Source of the DNA: Podarcis tiliguerta
Taxonomy: Eukaryota
DNA length: 64,000 nucleotides
NCBI GenBank assembly: GCA_965153285.1
Contig: OZ229121.1
Reading direction: 5' to 3' (one strand)
The notes beneath the pieces were generated by a model that was not told where the DNA came from, searched no databases, and saw only the letters and a program-made list of their open reading frames with translations. A program made the translations under genes and the position numbers. This document shows, piece by piece, positions 24,176 through 38,408 of this stretch (positions are counted from its first letter, which is position 1; every line of letters begins with the position of its first letter).

Positions 24176-27100
24176 GAAGAAAGAGGGTTTGGGGGTTCAT
24201 TTAAAAAGCAGGAATTATATACACACTTACTTGGGAGTAAGTAAGCCTCATTGAAACCAGTGAGACTTCCTTCGGATGAAACGTGGCTGGGCTCTGGCTG
24301 CAAGAGCTGGTTTTATTTTCTTACGCTTTACCTCGAGTCTGGGCTAAAAAGAGGGAGTGGGGAGAGCTTCCTCCTTTTAGGCCTAAAAACTATGAAAAAA
24401 CGGAGACCGTGCACAGACTCTGCCAAGCCGCTTAAAAACCTCCCTGCGGACTAGCTCCCATCGCCTCGTTTTCCTTCCGTCCTCTCCACGTCCGTTGCTG
24501 TTAAACTACAGCACTTGGACTGAATAGCCCGTCGCCATCCAAGTGCTAAAGAGAAATGGGGTGAAATGAACTCAATGCCACTTCCTTCACGAGAAAGGTG
24601 CTGGTGAATGAAGTGCTTGTCCTGTTGATTTTTCCTTTCGGTTGATGCTAACTTTGTTTGTAATCGTGTATTCCAAAAGCGACCTGTCAAGGCGGCTTAC
24701 AAATAATAGAAAGCGCAGAGAAAGCAACAACAGCAGCACACCGCAATCACCTGCAACATCTGCATAGGCCGCAACACCGCCTTGTCGGTTGCTGTCTGGT
24801 AGAGATTCCAAATCCACAATCGCTTTGGGTATTGGAGCGTAGCTAGTTCCAGGCTGCCTCGCTACAGAAAGTGCCTCTCGCCTTCACCTCAAGCTCCAAC
24901 CTGGTCTTCCTTTGCACGTGAAGGACCAGGAGTTGATGGGGCTTGGTTCTGCCAGGATCCCAAAGTCCTGAGGAAACTTTGGTGAGAGCCTGAAGCGGAG
25001 ATCTGTCAGTGCCTAAGAACTTCTTACCGCAAGGAGGCCGGAGAAAGAGCATAACGGGATAGCCCCTTGCACTGTTTTGTGGGACAGAACTTTTTCCCAC
25101 AGCCCAGAACAACTTGACAGATGGCCTGTGGGGTAGCCTAGGCAAGGCAGGAAGGAAAACACAGACGAGGCTGAATTTCTTTGTTTCTGTCTCCGCCAGG
25201 AGCCTTCTCTTTCTTCGCTTGGTCAACAAATAAACGGTGAAGGGAAGCCCACTGCGTCTCCTTCCGGATAGCTTTTGTTTGTCTGGGCAAGGCAAGGCAC
25301 CATTTCCAGCATCATCTTAGCAGCCGAATGGATCGCTTTTTCTCCTCTTCATTGCAGATATAAATATGCGAAGCCCTTCAGGAGGAAGGAGCCATGAGTT
25401 AAAATTCTGGTTCCATCCAAGCCAATTACAAAACACCTATTGATTTTTTAGCCGAGCCAAAATTTCACCCATAATCCTCGCCCCTGGGACACAGATTCAC
25501 GCGCCATTGGAGCTGGACAGTACCTCAAATGAGAGTCTGGCACAACTCAGGAGGAGGAAGTGAGGATAAAATGGTAGCCTCAGGGGCTGCAACTGATTTG
25601 CATAATCAATTTAATTTTTGCCATCTTGGAGGACTCCAACCACCAACCGCTTGAGCGGTCATACTCATCAGTCTACAATATCCTTGTTCTAAATGTGATA
25701 ACCTCAGGTGTGGAAAAGGCCACAGCCCTTTGACAGATCTTGCAATATGGACATTACCACTTCAAGCAAAGACTTTTTTGGGGGGCACATCTGTTTTGAG
25801 ATGCAGGCAATATAAACTCCATGAAATTTACACCCTCTGTGCCCAGATGTCATGAGAGTTATACCCACCTGTGTAAGCCAAAACCACAAAAACTTTAAAA
25901 ATTCCCTAGGAGTGTTTTAATGGAAAGAAGGAAGAGAGAGCCCATGTTACAGTTTCAGGCAGTGGAGAAGTTTTTGACTTAACAATTTTTAAGACAAATT
26001 GAGAACAAGGCCTCAATGAGATCATCCACTGATGTGGGGTAGAGAGGCATCCTTTCCACCCATCCAGGGGTGGTCCTAGCTTGACAAACAAAGGAATTAT
26101 CTATGGTGAATGCTTTTATTATTCTCTCAGACAACAGCAACAGGCCTACAAGGTCAGGAAGGCTGGCTAGGAGTGCAGGTAAGTTGTCAGTTGTACATAA
26201 AATTAATAAAGAAGGTTTAAAAAACCAGTATAATTTTTTATCTACCATATCACATGGTAGAAAGAATGTATACAAAGGCCAGTGGATGTTTCCCAGGATA
26301 CATCTAACATAGTTAGCATTTTGGATGTGATGCCTGCATAGAGTTCCAAGAAATGAATCCAGAGTTTAATTCAGTTTAGCATTTGCATCCATTGAGGTCC
26401 AAAGGGACCTAAAACAGACTGGAAGCTTGTTTAAAAATCCATTGATATTGGATGAGAATGAGGAGATTAGAGAGCAACAGAAAGGGTTGTGTAGTCAGCA
26501 AATACAGGTGTTTAGCCTATTAAACCTGCAGAGTTTAGTTCTCACCCAAGCCGTTTCTCTACTACAAAAATTTATTCTTAATGAAGAATCCACCATCAAC
26601 TTGTGGGAGCCTCATATTCCCTGCTTATGCTGGAAGCTTCTTCATCTGTGATTTCCTATAAGATTTATTTTGGTGTTAGAATGGATGAAATTCTTTCCCC
26701 TACCCCAGATTTTGAGACTTTACTTTTTTCTTCTCTCAGATAACAGAAATAAATTCTTGACTAGAAGATCAGTTGGAGACAGAGGTAGACAAATAGATAC
26801 ACCCACCCACCTCTCAGAGAGACAGGGCTGGGATCTGTGAGGTGGCAACTCACTTGCATACTCTTTCAGCAGCCTTTGCTAAAGATCCTGGAAATCAGTC
26901 ACTATAAATATATGGGGGCTTAGACTTCTCGCTGCTCTGTGCTCTTCCCACTAGTGGGTCAAAAGGATTCCAGGAAAGAGAGGGAGGCAGGCAAAGGCTA
27001 CCTTGGAACTTTGCACCAACTGGACTTTCCTACCCCAAAATACTATGTACTATCAACAGTCCTGTGTGAAGGATTCTGATGGCTTTTTATATGTTGATAT

Positions 27101-27662
27101 TGGTCATTATGTTTATGTATTTAGTACAGTTTAAAAGTTTCTTGTAAGCCACATTGGAATAAGCTATATTCTGAAACTCAGGCTATAAATAACTGTACTA
27201 AATAAATAGTTGCATGCTGCAAATTATATACTAAGTAGCAGAACATCATGGGAACTCCGGCAAACTTCAAAGAATAAATGAAGGAAGAAGCAAAGGCCAC
27301 TTCAGCAGTAGTGGTAGAGGCTAAGATGTGATGAAGAGCTAAGAAGACAGACAGTGAGGGTTCTTTGGTGGTGGCCTGAAATGTGTGTGCTCTGCTTATT
27401 TTCTTGTCTGTCAGCATAGACTACACTTGCAGAAAATGTCAGTTGATTGTCCTGCTGGGCCAGTAAGTAAGAAGACAGCAGTGATGAGTTTCCATTCTTC
27501 ATTTATGAAGACAATGTCTTCTTGGGCAGGACGCAGGGTACTACAGAAAGGACAAAAGCAGTCAAGAAAATGAGAACTGTAGGATTGGGAAAACTGCATT
27601 GAAGACCATGACTGTAAAGAACATGACTATAAGGCGGCATTTTGAACCACTGGAACACAGTA

Positions 27663-27903
27663 CAGTGGTACCTCAAGTTACATATGCTTCAGGTTACATA
27701 CACGTCAGGTTACAGACTCCGCTAACCCAGAAACAGTGCTTCAGGTTAAGAACTTTGCTTCAGGATGAGAACAGAAATCATGCTCCGGTGGCGCGGCAGC
27801 AGCAGGAGGCCCCATTACCTCAAGTGGTGCTTCAGGTTAAGAACAGTTTCCGGTTAAGAACGGACTCCGGAACGAATTAAGTACTTAACCCGAGCTACCA
27901 CTG
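27663..27903. mobile_element. Tc1/mariner-pogo type MITE nested in the CR1
   Basis: Terminal inverted repeats CAGTGGTACCTC / GAGCTACCACTG, TA dinucleotides on both sides, and internal repeats of CTTCAGGTTAAGAAC-like units. Confidence 0.88.
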
Positions 27904-29038
27904 TATCTCTCTTTCCAGTGTCTCCGAGGAGCTGGTGGAAGACAGCAGCAGCAGGCTACATTAGCTAGGAAGGAAGACTCTCAAGCCTTTAAGGACAGAG
28001 GTGACAATCTCCATATGCAGGAAGAGGAATAAAGTGGTGGTAATAATGGCTGGGAACTCCCTACTGAGAGATGAGTCTTCTGTGTCAAGTGAATCTGTTA
28101 ACTTCTGAAGTATACTGTATCTCAAGTATTGGGACCCAGGATGTGATTGATTACTTACCAAGTTTTATCAAGCCCACTGATCATTATATATTTTTGCTCA
28201 TCTGTGCAGGATGAATGACACCACCAGGAATTACTATGAAAACATACCTGACTATAAAGTTCTGGGGAAGAAGATAAAGCATCTTGGGGCTCTGGTAAAG
28301 TTCTCATCAAGGTAGAGGACTACACAGAGAGATCACAGTTCAGGGGAACTATTCTCCTAAGTAGCAGCATGTTTCTTGGACTATTGTGTAAGCTTCCTAA
28401 AGAAGGAAGGTAGGCTGCACCTTGGGAAATGTATCAGGCAGAAGAATGGCAAACCAGAGCAGGAGGGGCATAATCAAATACTGTGTGGGATGGCTCCAAT
28501 AGCCGAAAGCTAAGTACAAAATGAAGCGCTAAATATATGGATGTGGCTGCTACTGGAGAAAGTTGAGGAGATGCCCAGCAAACCCTATGCTAAAATAGCA
28601 GGAAAGATATCAGAGTAGAATATCCAAAGCTTCAAACTTCTATGCTAATGCATAGAGTATGGGAAATGAACAAGATGAACTTCAACTTCTTGAACGAGAA
28701 AGTAAATACAAATTGATCCACATAACTGAGACTTAGTGGGACATGATTAGAAAATAGCAATTGAAGGATGTAGCTTCTTCTAAAAAAACCCCGATTTTCA
28801 TATTCTGAAATAGATGCTAGGTAGAATTAAATGGCTATTTCTACTCATGAGAAAAGAAATCCAAGATGGTGACAGTTCCTGAATAACAAATTACTAAAGG
28901 CACAATCACCAATAATTCCAAGGACAATGAAAAATGTAGGATTTTTAAAAAGTCTGTGTGGCTGCACAAAAAGCTGAAAATAAAAAGGACATGCATGAGA
29001 AGAGGACTGAAGGATAGGTTTACAAGGATGAGTACAAG

Positions 29039-29151
29039 CAAGGCTTTTCTTTTTAGTTGGAAGTTGCTGGAACTCAGTTCTGGCACCTTTCAGGTGCCAT
29101 AAAAAGTGAGTGGTGAGTTCTGGCACCTCTTTTTCTAGAAAAAAAGCATTG
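29039..29151 (+). mobile_element. hAT-type MITE nested in the CR1
   Basis: Ends CAAGGCTTTT / AAAAGCATTG, a perfect 8-bp TSD AGTACAAG (29031-29038 and 29152-29159), and an internal repeated AGTTCTGGCACC. Confidence 0.8.
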
Positions 29152-32100
29152 AGTACAAGTATCCTAGACTTGTTGGAACAGTGTCAGCAAAGCTAATGCT
29201 CAGAAAGAATTGACGGTGGCAAGAAAAAGTGCCTTTTGGGGCATGTTCAGAATAAGAGAAGAGGAAGGAAACGGGGTATGTAGCTCAGTAGGAATTGTGA
29301 AATGTTAATGGGTGACAGCAAGAAGGTGGAATTGCTGAATTCCTATTTTTGCCTCTGTCTTTTCCCAAGGGGGAATTGTGTGCTACCCTGTATAACAGCA
29401 TGACTGTTGAGGAGCCAGGATTGCAGTTCAAGATTAATAAAGAGTTGTCAAAAAATATTTAGCTATTTTAAATGAGTTTAAGATTTCAAGGCCAGATGAC
29501 TTGCATCTAGGGTACTAAAGAACTTGTTGATGTACTGTCAAAACCTCTGACTATCATTTAAGCAATCTAGAAAACAGGTAAAGTGCCACAGGACTGCAAA
29601 CAAAAATGAGGAAAGGAGAATCTGGCAACTATGGGCAGCTCATTCTGACCAATTCCAGGGAAGATACTTGAAAAGATTATAAAGAGGTCAGTCTGCAAGC
29701 ACCTTGAGAACAATGAAGTGTAGAAGTCAGTAGAAGTCAGCATGAGAAGTAGAAGTCAGCATGAATTTGCAAATAATAATGCCAAAGTAATTTAAACTTT
29801 GTTTTGATCAGTTTAGTAGATGGTGGGAATGCTGTAGATGTAAATTATCTTGATTTCAGCAAAATTCCCATTGATATTTTGGTTAGCATAAACATTTAAC
29901 AGTTGTGTAGAAGAGAGGTTTTAGGCAGGTACAGCTTGTCATGCAGGAATATGTTGCACCAGTTAAAATTTGCATCCACAATACTACTCAATTTCCTAAA
30001 ACGTTCTTAAAGCAGAAAATGTCATCCTTTCAATTCCAACAGCCAGCTTGGTGCAAGAGTTTAACGGAATAAGTACAATAATATGCTATGCCCCAGAATT
30101 ATTTTGTTGTCCTTAATGGCCATGTTGGAATTTAGGTCAGATGTGAGCTGAAGCAATAAATAGCAATACAATTGCACTATGGTTTATCATGTTGAAATGC
30201 TCCCATTGCTTGGAAGAGTGTCCTCATCTAATTAGTTACTTTGAGAAGAATTCTTACCCCGTTAAGATATAATCTGATTTCAACAGTAGTTTTGAAATTG
30301 AGAATGCCCATGTTGCGTATAAAGTTCATTTATGCTTTTTGCTGCACAAGACCGAGGAACATACATTATGTTTTTAAATGTGTCTTTCATATCTCAGTTA
30401 TATATAAATGACTTCCACCACTGCTGATGAGTAAGGAGAATTGGTCAAACTTTCTGCTAGAAAAAAATATATCAGCAAAAGTTACTTTAAGCCAGCAATT
30501 TATGCCTTGGCATTATCTCTTGCTGCTTTTCTTGAATCCCATGTTGTGAACTGCTGTTATTATCACTTTAATTACAATTAATCTTTTGTTGACCTGCTTT
30601 TCACCCTTTGTGAGAATCTGTAAGATATGGTTTCTACTGTTTATCTTTTTTTTATATTATATCTTCCTTGTTAATTATTGTCTATGGCCTAAATAAAACT
30701 TAACCCAATACATATATTAAAGTAGGCTTATGAATATCCACTCACCAGGTGACCAGTCAAGATAGTTCAGATTTATGAATTTTATCTACTTTCTTTTAGG
30801 TACGACTACCAAAGAAATGTGTTGGCTAGTAATTTCTGTGGATTTATTTGCATATATAGAAGACTGCCATCCTTTTGCTCTGGCCACTCTGCAAATTTAC
30901 TGCTGTTTTGAAAAATGCTTCTTTTTGTCAGTCTGGATCAAATGGTTCTAAATACTCAGCTATTCTTCTCCGAGCTAATAATGTCCTGATTTCTCACATT
31001 TCTAGTCTTGGAATATGAAATCCTGCTGTGTCAAAAGCAAGCCCTGAGAGAATAACAGACTCCCCAGGTGCTGAATGACATTTACAGTGTGACGTATGCA
31101 GCTGGCATTCTGCAGCTTTCCCTTCTCACTTCTGTTACTCAAACCGCTCGTCATTCTTCTCTCTAAAGTGCAGCAATTTCATTGTCGGTGATCTTCAGGG
31201 TGTGTGTGTGAGAGAGAGTGGAAGAGAGGGAGACTGAGAGGGGATACACTCCATGGGGGAGGATATTACTTTCCTAAATATGTGCATTTAGATTGTCCAA
31301 GGGAATTACTGACATTAGATGTATGCACTGTTTGTTTCCAGACTTTGCCAGTGTTATTCTGTGCAAAGCAAGAGTCATGTACAAATGCCAGCCATACCTA
31401 ATGGGCATGCCATTTCAGGCTTCTCCTGCCAAGACACCCACTGCTCCAATGATAGAAAATGATATTAGTGTACTTCCTTCATATTTACCAAGAAAAGGAA
31501 GGGGAGCTTATTTAGTCGGAGTCACGACACTTTCACTCACATAACACTAACAAACTACATTGGTTTATTTCTCTCAGGCTTCTAACTATGTAGCGGCAGC
31601 TTTATTATTTCTGTTAATATTTTTTTAGCTTGCCCACTTCCATTTCCCCCCACTGTTCCATTCCCAATAAGCCAAACATTGAGACGGATGCCAAACTATG
31701 CTTCCCATGTAAACTCAAAGTTTGCCTTCACCCATGTATACAAAATCAACTCCAATAGAATCAGCTGGTGAACTGGGTGGCATCTTATTAACCAACTGCT
31801 TGTGCAGCTCCTCTTCATCCATCAGCACTGATGTTTCTATTTATCAAGTCAAGTTCATTAAATGCAACCTATTCCTTAATACAAGCACCCAAGATATAGG
31901 TTTGAGTCAAACACATCTGAAGCAAAGCAGGAAAGAGTGAACCAACAGCCTCTCATAGATGACTAAATGTATAAAATATTTCATGCTCCAGGAAACCGTT
32001 TTACTTGCTGAACCCTCTTCACTGTCCAATGATGTCTCTACCTTTTTCATTAACATGATTGTTGCCAGAGTCTGCTGGCTATCGTCTCAGCATATCTTCT

Positions 32101-35100
32101 TATACCCCTCTGACACACCCTTCACTCCATGTGACTTGAATTTATTAGCACATCACCAATAGTGCTTTTGTGACAAAACCATGGTGGACAGGATGCAGAC
32201 CCTCAGTACTTCTGTAGTATGGTGATGGATAACTCTTTGGCTTCCCTTTCCAGTGTATGTACCCCATCATGAAGACAGAGGCATAACAGGGAATGATTTT
32301 ATCCTGAGACCTGCCGGTATAGGGTGGTATACAGCAATGATGATGATGTTCTATCACGTTATTGTTATTTTAGTTTGTAAACCACCTTGGGATTCATTAG
32401 AATGAAAAGCAGCATAGAAATATAATAAAGCATCAAAGAAAACCAAACCCTATTTTGTGGGTAGTCAGAGGACCAAATCCACATAATGTCCTGGTACTAA
32501 AAAATCCTGTTGGAACTCTTGCCTGTATGGCATTGTGTTCCACCAGCTTTTGCTTAACATAAAAGTTTTCATCAGGTTGGATGCACAAGGGGAAAAACAT
32601 TATTTAACATCCATGTTGAGAAGAACTCTACGTAACTCAAAAGCCTTACATGCATAATTTTGAGCACTACTTTGAATTAATAAAATATACTGGGAGAAAT
32701 GAAGGAAATGAGACACTGTAAACTTGAACTATGTTGAACTGAGAGAGGAATAAGGCTACACTAATTCTCAATCCCCTTTTCAATTTAAATTTATATCAGA
32801 TAGATCAAGGGGAATTTAATAATCATGAATGAAATAAGCTCACACAACTTTGCACGTAATCTCAGTGGCAAAGCTGGTAAGAGATTCCAGCTCTCCTGAT
32901 AATATTCAGTACTGTGCCCTAGGCACTTGAGGCCACCCATATCCTTCTGCTAACTAATGTTTCTCACAGGACAGCAGTCTAGAAGATGAGGCAAACTATT
33001 ACATTCAGAAGGCACAATCTATCAGTGTCTCCTTGCAAGACTTTTTGAAAGGAACAGGAGCTGTGAAGAAAGCAGGGTCATTTTCATTCATTTCCAATGG
33101 AACTTGTGTGGGAAAACTTTGGGGTCTGGGTAAAAGATCCACTTGTTCTAAGATTCTTTGCTTCCTGTAACCTTCTGCTACAATCAATGGCAAATAGTGC
33201 TACTCAGTGCAATTTCTACATTATAGTGGTTCTTGCTCACCCTCGCCCTTGGGAACTCCGGAGTGTGATTGGCTTTTCAAGCAGCACCCACTTATTGATC
33301 TCTAGTCTTAAACAATTTCAACAGGTGTGTCTGCTCCTTGGCAAAACATTTCCGCAGATGAATGCCCCAAGCTGTTCAGGCAGATAGTTATTCTTTAATA
33401 TTATAGACTTCCATAAAGCATGCTTGGTATAATAACATTTGTGTTTACAGAATGTTTGACATTGCATGCTCCACAAACACTGAAGGCCAATTAAGAAGTA
33501 ACCCTTTCCAGTGTCTACCTTGTGGGGATTTTGGAAGGGTGCAGCATGGGCGGAGAATAATTTTGCTTCTTCCAGTGGGCATGTATATCTTGAAATACTG
33601 CATGGGAGCACTTCATAAACTGTTTTCCTTACTTCCCAGTCCCCTGCAATTAACTCAACAGGTCTTGCATCCCTAAATATTAAATTTGCACTCTTAGTTG
33701 CCTTGATGGCATCATTCTTGCATTAATCTGTGTAGCACATGTATGTTGTATAGATAAGTCCCAATTTAAATGAGGGTTTCACTGACTAATTAGCAGACAG
33801 AAAATCAGTCCATGTGCATTTGGGCATAACATTTATTTGATAATAAGGATAACAACATTTTTTATATATGTATCAAAAAGGAAAATCCATGTTACTGCAG
33901 AATTGGGTGTAAGCTATCTTCAACTATTGGTGCAAAGAAATAAATTAATATTCCTTTTTTGGAGACTGTATCTGTGACATGAAGATGCAGATGCTCCCCC
34001 TCAAAGTCATTCAAAGGAATAGGGGTCAATAAATTCTCCACTACAGTCTGCAATGATATTATATCATTTCCTTGCAATTCAGGTGGAATAAGTTATAGTT
34101 ATGGCAGGAGAGCATACTTGCTGACCGCTAATGGCCAGTGCTGCAACGAGGTAATATTATACCCTGGATTTAACAGATTTCCCAGTCCCTTCTTTAGACT
34201 GCCTTGCATATTATGTCAATTGTGAATTAATCAATCAATTAATTAATTAATTCTCCAAATATCTCATGCTTTACAGCTGCTATTAGAGCAGGAAATAAAT
34301 ACAAAACAAAACATTTCCCTGATTAAAAAAAAAAGATGAAGTCACATTCTGAGTATGTGCATTTTAAACTCACTTAAATCACAGCACCATCATGATTACA
34401 GAAATAAAATGGAATCTGCTTCTGCTGTCCTGATTCTAAGTACATTTATTTGGGAATGAGCACAGTTTTGTTGCGGAAAATTATAGTGTGTTTTTAAAGT
34501 AAAAAAAATAAATGCTCAGGCACCAAGACCTGCCTCAGACGCCAGGGAACTGGGAATATTAAAAATATCTTGCCACGAAGGCAATCATACTGAGTGAGCT
34601 GCCAAACTATTGCCACTTTCAGCAGCTTGACTATGATTTGTTTTTTAAATGATAGCATGCTGCAGCCATCAGCTGTGGTCCCTGTGCAAGGGAGGCCCAT
34701 GCTGGCTCAGGTGCTGATGCTAGGCGTGTTTGCCACTGCCCTAAATCTGCCACTTATTTGTGGTGGTCATTTGAGGCCCCCATGGACTGAGGAGCCCTGG
34801 ACTTTGACCTCGAGGTCCAGCCCTAGCTGCATCACTAATCATGGATCATGTTCTTCATCAAATTCATTCTAGCATGATTCATAGTATAGTTGTGCCAACC
34901 AGAAGGGCTTCTAGCACTTAAAGGAGCAAGTACACCAACTGCTACCTTGGTTGTGTTGTGGGATATGGTTACATAATGTGTCTTCCTGCAGAAGTTACAA
35001 GTGAGATTACGGCAATGCAACATTTCTAATAAATTACTTCTCCAGCAACCCCTCTCCCAATACCTTATTATACGCAAAAGTTCAGAATGTTCTTATGCAT

Positions 35101-38100
35101 CATTTTTCAATCCCTACTTTTGTCCACTGTGTGGATGTGCAATTTCCTTTTCTAAGTTGGTGAAAAACCTATGAAAGATTTTATATTGTACTTTTTTAAA
35201 CAATTGAACTGGTTTCAGCTGTCTCTGGTTTTATGCAATTTGATTGCTGTTGCAATCTCTTTTTTGTTGTTTTTGCTGTTGTTTTAACACTAGCTGATAA
35301 GTGAGATTTTAAAACGTTAATTTATAGTTATACCTTGGTTGTTATTCACCTTGTAGTCTTTTGTTGAAATAATGGATATAAATATTTAATAATGTTAATA
35401 ATAACATTAATAATAAATAAATAATGCAGACATGGGTAGGACTTATCTTAGTATTATTAATTCTGTTACAATTAAATTTTAGTATGCAAAATCCTTTCCA
35501 ATTGTTCATTCTTCTCTAGTTTAATATCCCAGTTTAATGTTTCCATAGGAAGTCAAATCCTCCTCAGCAGAGCTGCTTTATTTTAAAATTCAGCATAAAA
35601 TTTAGCACAAGCATCAACTTGTTTATGCAAGTGAATTGGGGAAGGTTTTACACAATGTAGGTCATAGATCTGGGTAAGTGGTAGAGTTCTTGCCACAGAG
35701 ATACACTAACACAAGGTACTGTGACTACCACACTGGATTCAGATTACTGTATGAGGAATTTTATGTGACAGGGTTTGGAGTTTTTTGTTTTATTTCAAAA
35801 TGTGTGTTGGACAGCAGTGATTGAACTCATAGGTCACAACATATTCCTCTCTATTACTACTGTACAGCTTCCTGTGTCGATTTTACAAGTTTAAGAATGA
35901 CTTCTGAGTTAATATTTTGTGACATTTGCTTAAAATTTAATCTTTCAGCAAACATTCCTGCCAGGAAACTCATTTATCAGACAGTCTCTTGGGGAACATG
36001 CATTAAAAGGGCATGGATAGAGCTAACACAAATTCCAATTTCAAATCTGAGTGAATATTGAAATATTCACCTGGTTTCAAGCAGGGTTGGTCCAAGATAA
36101 TTTTGCAACTCCAAACAGCTGCAGTGCACAATCTGAGCTCCATGATTTTAAAGAACTTCCATTCATTTCAACAAAGTGTGTGCAGGAGAACAGTCTGGTA
36201 AATTGTGTTCTGTATTTGTCAGTATTAGGATGGGGAGTCACTTGGATCTTCTGTCCAAGGCACCAAAATATATTGGCTGGCGTTTGCTACCTTACTCTTG
36301 AAACATTTCATAGCACCCCTTCATGTGACCCCCCTCTTTTCAAACTGCACGTTGTGTGACCACTATCTGACAACCCACAAAAGCTGCATTATAAAAGTGC
36401 ACTGTCCCAATAACATCCATGTGAAATACAAATTATGTTGGGGACATCAATTGCTGCAAATAATGTACAAAATATGCAACATAAGCCAGCTAATAAAACT
36501 TCCAAACACTTTTATTAACAGTGGAGGGGGGAAAGCAGTAGATGATATATATATGATGCTACATGTTTTTACCCAAAGGTCTCAGACAACATTATAAAAA
36601 GCAGACACAAGCATACTTAATGAGAAAGAAAATAGGAAATCTTCATGAGGTGGAGTTGTGAAGAAGAGAAGAGGTGGTTGCTCTTTTTTCTGCTTTACTT
36701 ATGGAATTGACCCATAAGGAGTGTTGGAGGTGTCTTCTCTTCCTCTTCTTTAACTTTAAAGGCATATTCTGTGTTTTCTAAAGCCAAAATCCCTTCCTGA
36801 GGAGAAGATTGATTTAATTTGATCAGGGGTGTGAATGGGTGGGTGAAGCTGAGTAGATTTCTGCAGGCCACTATGAGTCCTGTGTTAAGCAAAAGAGGGG
36901 CGGGTCAGCAGGTCTCAGGCTGTTTGATCTGCCTTGATCCCCCTTCACAGGGGAAATGAAGCGGCAGTAACTTTCCTTCAGCACAGTGGATATTTTTAAA
37001 AAATGTTTTAGGAAGATAATTTATTGGGCTTAATTGCTCTTTAATCCTCCTCATTGGCCTGTCATAGAAAAATCTTTTCTGAATGGAGAAGCCAGCTTGA
37101 AAAGGCCCAGGCAGGCAATAAGGGGAAGGCAAGGGACAAGTGAGGCTTCTTCCTACCTCCATTGATGCAATCATTTCTTGGCACAGGGCCTGACCAGTTC
37201 AATGAGGCTCCTTGCCCAGCAGAGTAATTGGATGCTATTGGTGTCCTCTGTCTTTTGAGACTCTACTGACAGATTTTCAGAGTAATCCTACACATATTTA
37301 TTCTGAAGCAGGTATGTCTTCTATGGGCCTGTGGGCCTGCTCCCAGGAAAGTTTACAGCTTTAGGCCAAATTCCTGAATGTAACTTATTGGAAAGTATGG
37401 TCTGTTGGAATCAATCAGATGCTACTTCTGTTACAAAAAATTCAAGGCGGATTCTTTTTCTCCTCTTTCAAAACTCTGTGTTTATTTCTCCAGAATTGAA
37501 CGAAATAGGGGAATGCAACATGATTTAGGGGGAGAAGAAATCATTTGGGTCACAGCAGACCAAATTTCAATTTTTAGCTGTGGTTGTAATGTGGTCATTT
37601 GTTGGACAAAAGCTCCAACCTCAGCCCATAGAGGAATAGTAGTATCATACCTGCAATGATATAAGAACTACCCAGACACTGGTCATCCAAATTATTTGGA
37701 TGTATTCACAAAAATAATTTTCCCTAGGTAAATATTTACACATTCATATATAGTAGAACTCTTATCTTAGGAAAAAGAAAACACTCTGGCAAAAGCATTA
37801 GAGTGAGATAATCTACCTGATGGCTCATATCTGAAAACATGAGCTGCAGAGCTTTCACAACGGGGAGCTGAAACTTGAGAAGCCTGTGTGTGCTTGTTGG
37901 AGATGGCTAGTAATAGCAGCAGCAGCAACAAAAGTTGCAGGGAAGTTCTGCACTGATGAACAAGCTTAGGATCTCCCTCTAGGACCAGAGAGAGGAAGGT
38001 TTATTTAACTGCACAAAGGACTGAACCTCTTGGCTTGTTTATAAAGTGTTGCTTAGTTATTTTTTAATGTTTATTTTACTGTTTTGCGGTAAAGCTTTGA

Positions 38101-38312
38101 AACACATTATTGTGGAGAATTAATTTCTCCACAAGGTCCAGATCAGGAATTCTGCTGAATTCTAAGAAGTCCAGGGAGAGAAATCTGCTCCCCACACTGT
38201 GTAGGCCCTGTACTTTGCACAAATGCTGCTTGGCATCTCATCAGTTCGGTGGTATCTCCTGCATTCAATGAGGTGTTACTGAGAGCCTTCGAACCATCAG
38301 ATTTTCTAAGTT

Positions 38313-38408
38313 TCAGGTGTTGTTAGATTACAGCTCCCATCATTCCTCACTATTGACTGTGCTGGCTGAGACCGATGGTGGTTGGAGTCCAACAACTGTT
38401 GGAGGGCT
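38313..38408. mobile_element. Palindromic non-autonomous DNA transposon fragment (hAT-like MITE)
   Basis: Inverted arms TGTTGTTAGATTACAGCTCCCATCA / GATGGTGGTTGGAGTCCAACAAC, a structure I recognise as common in lizard genomes. Confidence 0.65.

Larger units (their letters stand above)
27300..29890 (+). mobile_element. Degraded CR1 LINE (ORF1, endonuclease and start of RT), 3'-truncated
   Basis: Broken-frame remnants appear in the expected order: ORF1 zinc finger (YTCRKCQLIVLL, ~27420); esterase-like GNSLLR (~28050) and DYKVLGKKIKHLGALVKFSS (~28250); ORF2 YANA*SMGNEQDELQ and ITET*WD (~28640-28742); KVELLNSYF (~29325); LHxRVLKEL-like (~29500); GNYxxxxLT (~29625); GNAVDVNYLDFSK (~29825-29863). 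Confidence 0.85.

Noticed and set aside
27663-27903. Regularly recurring CTTCAGGTTAAGAAC units resembling a repeat-spacer array
   Set aside because: They are internal subterminal repeats of a TIR MITE in a vertebrate genome, not a CRISPR array.
38110-38134. Short hairpin TTGTGGAGAA-TTAAT-TTCTCCACAA
   Set aside because: An isolated 10-bp stem that could arise by chance or as a transposon footprint. No other support.
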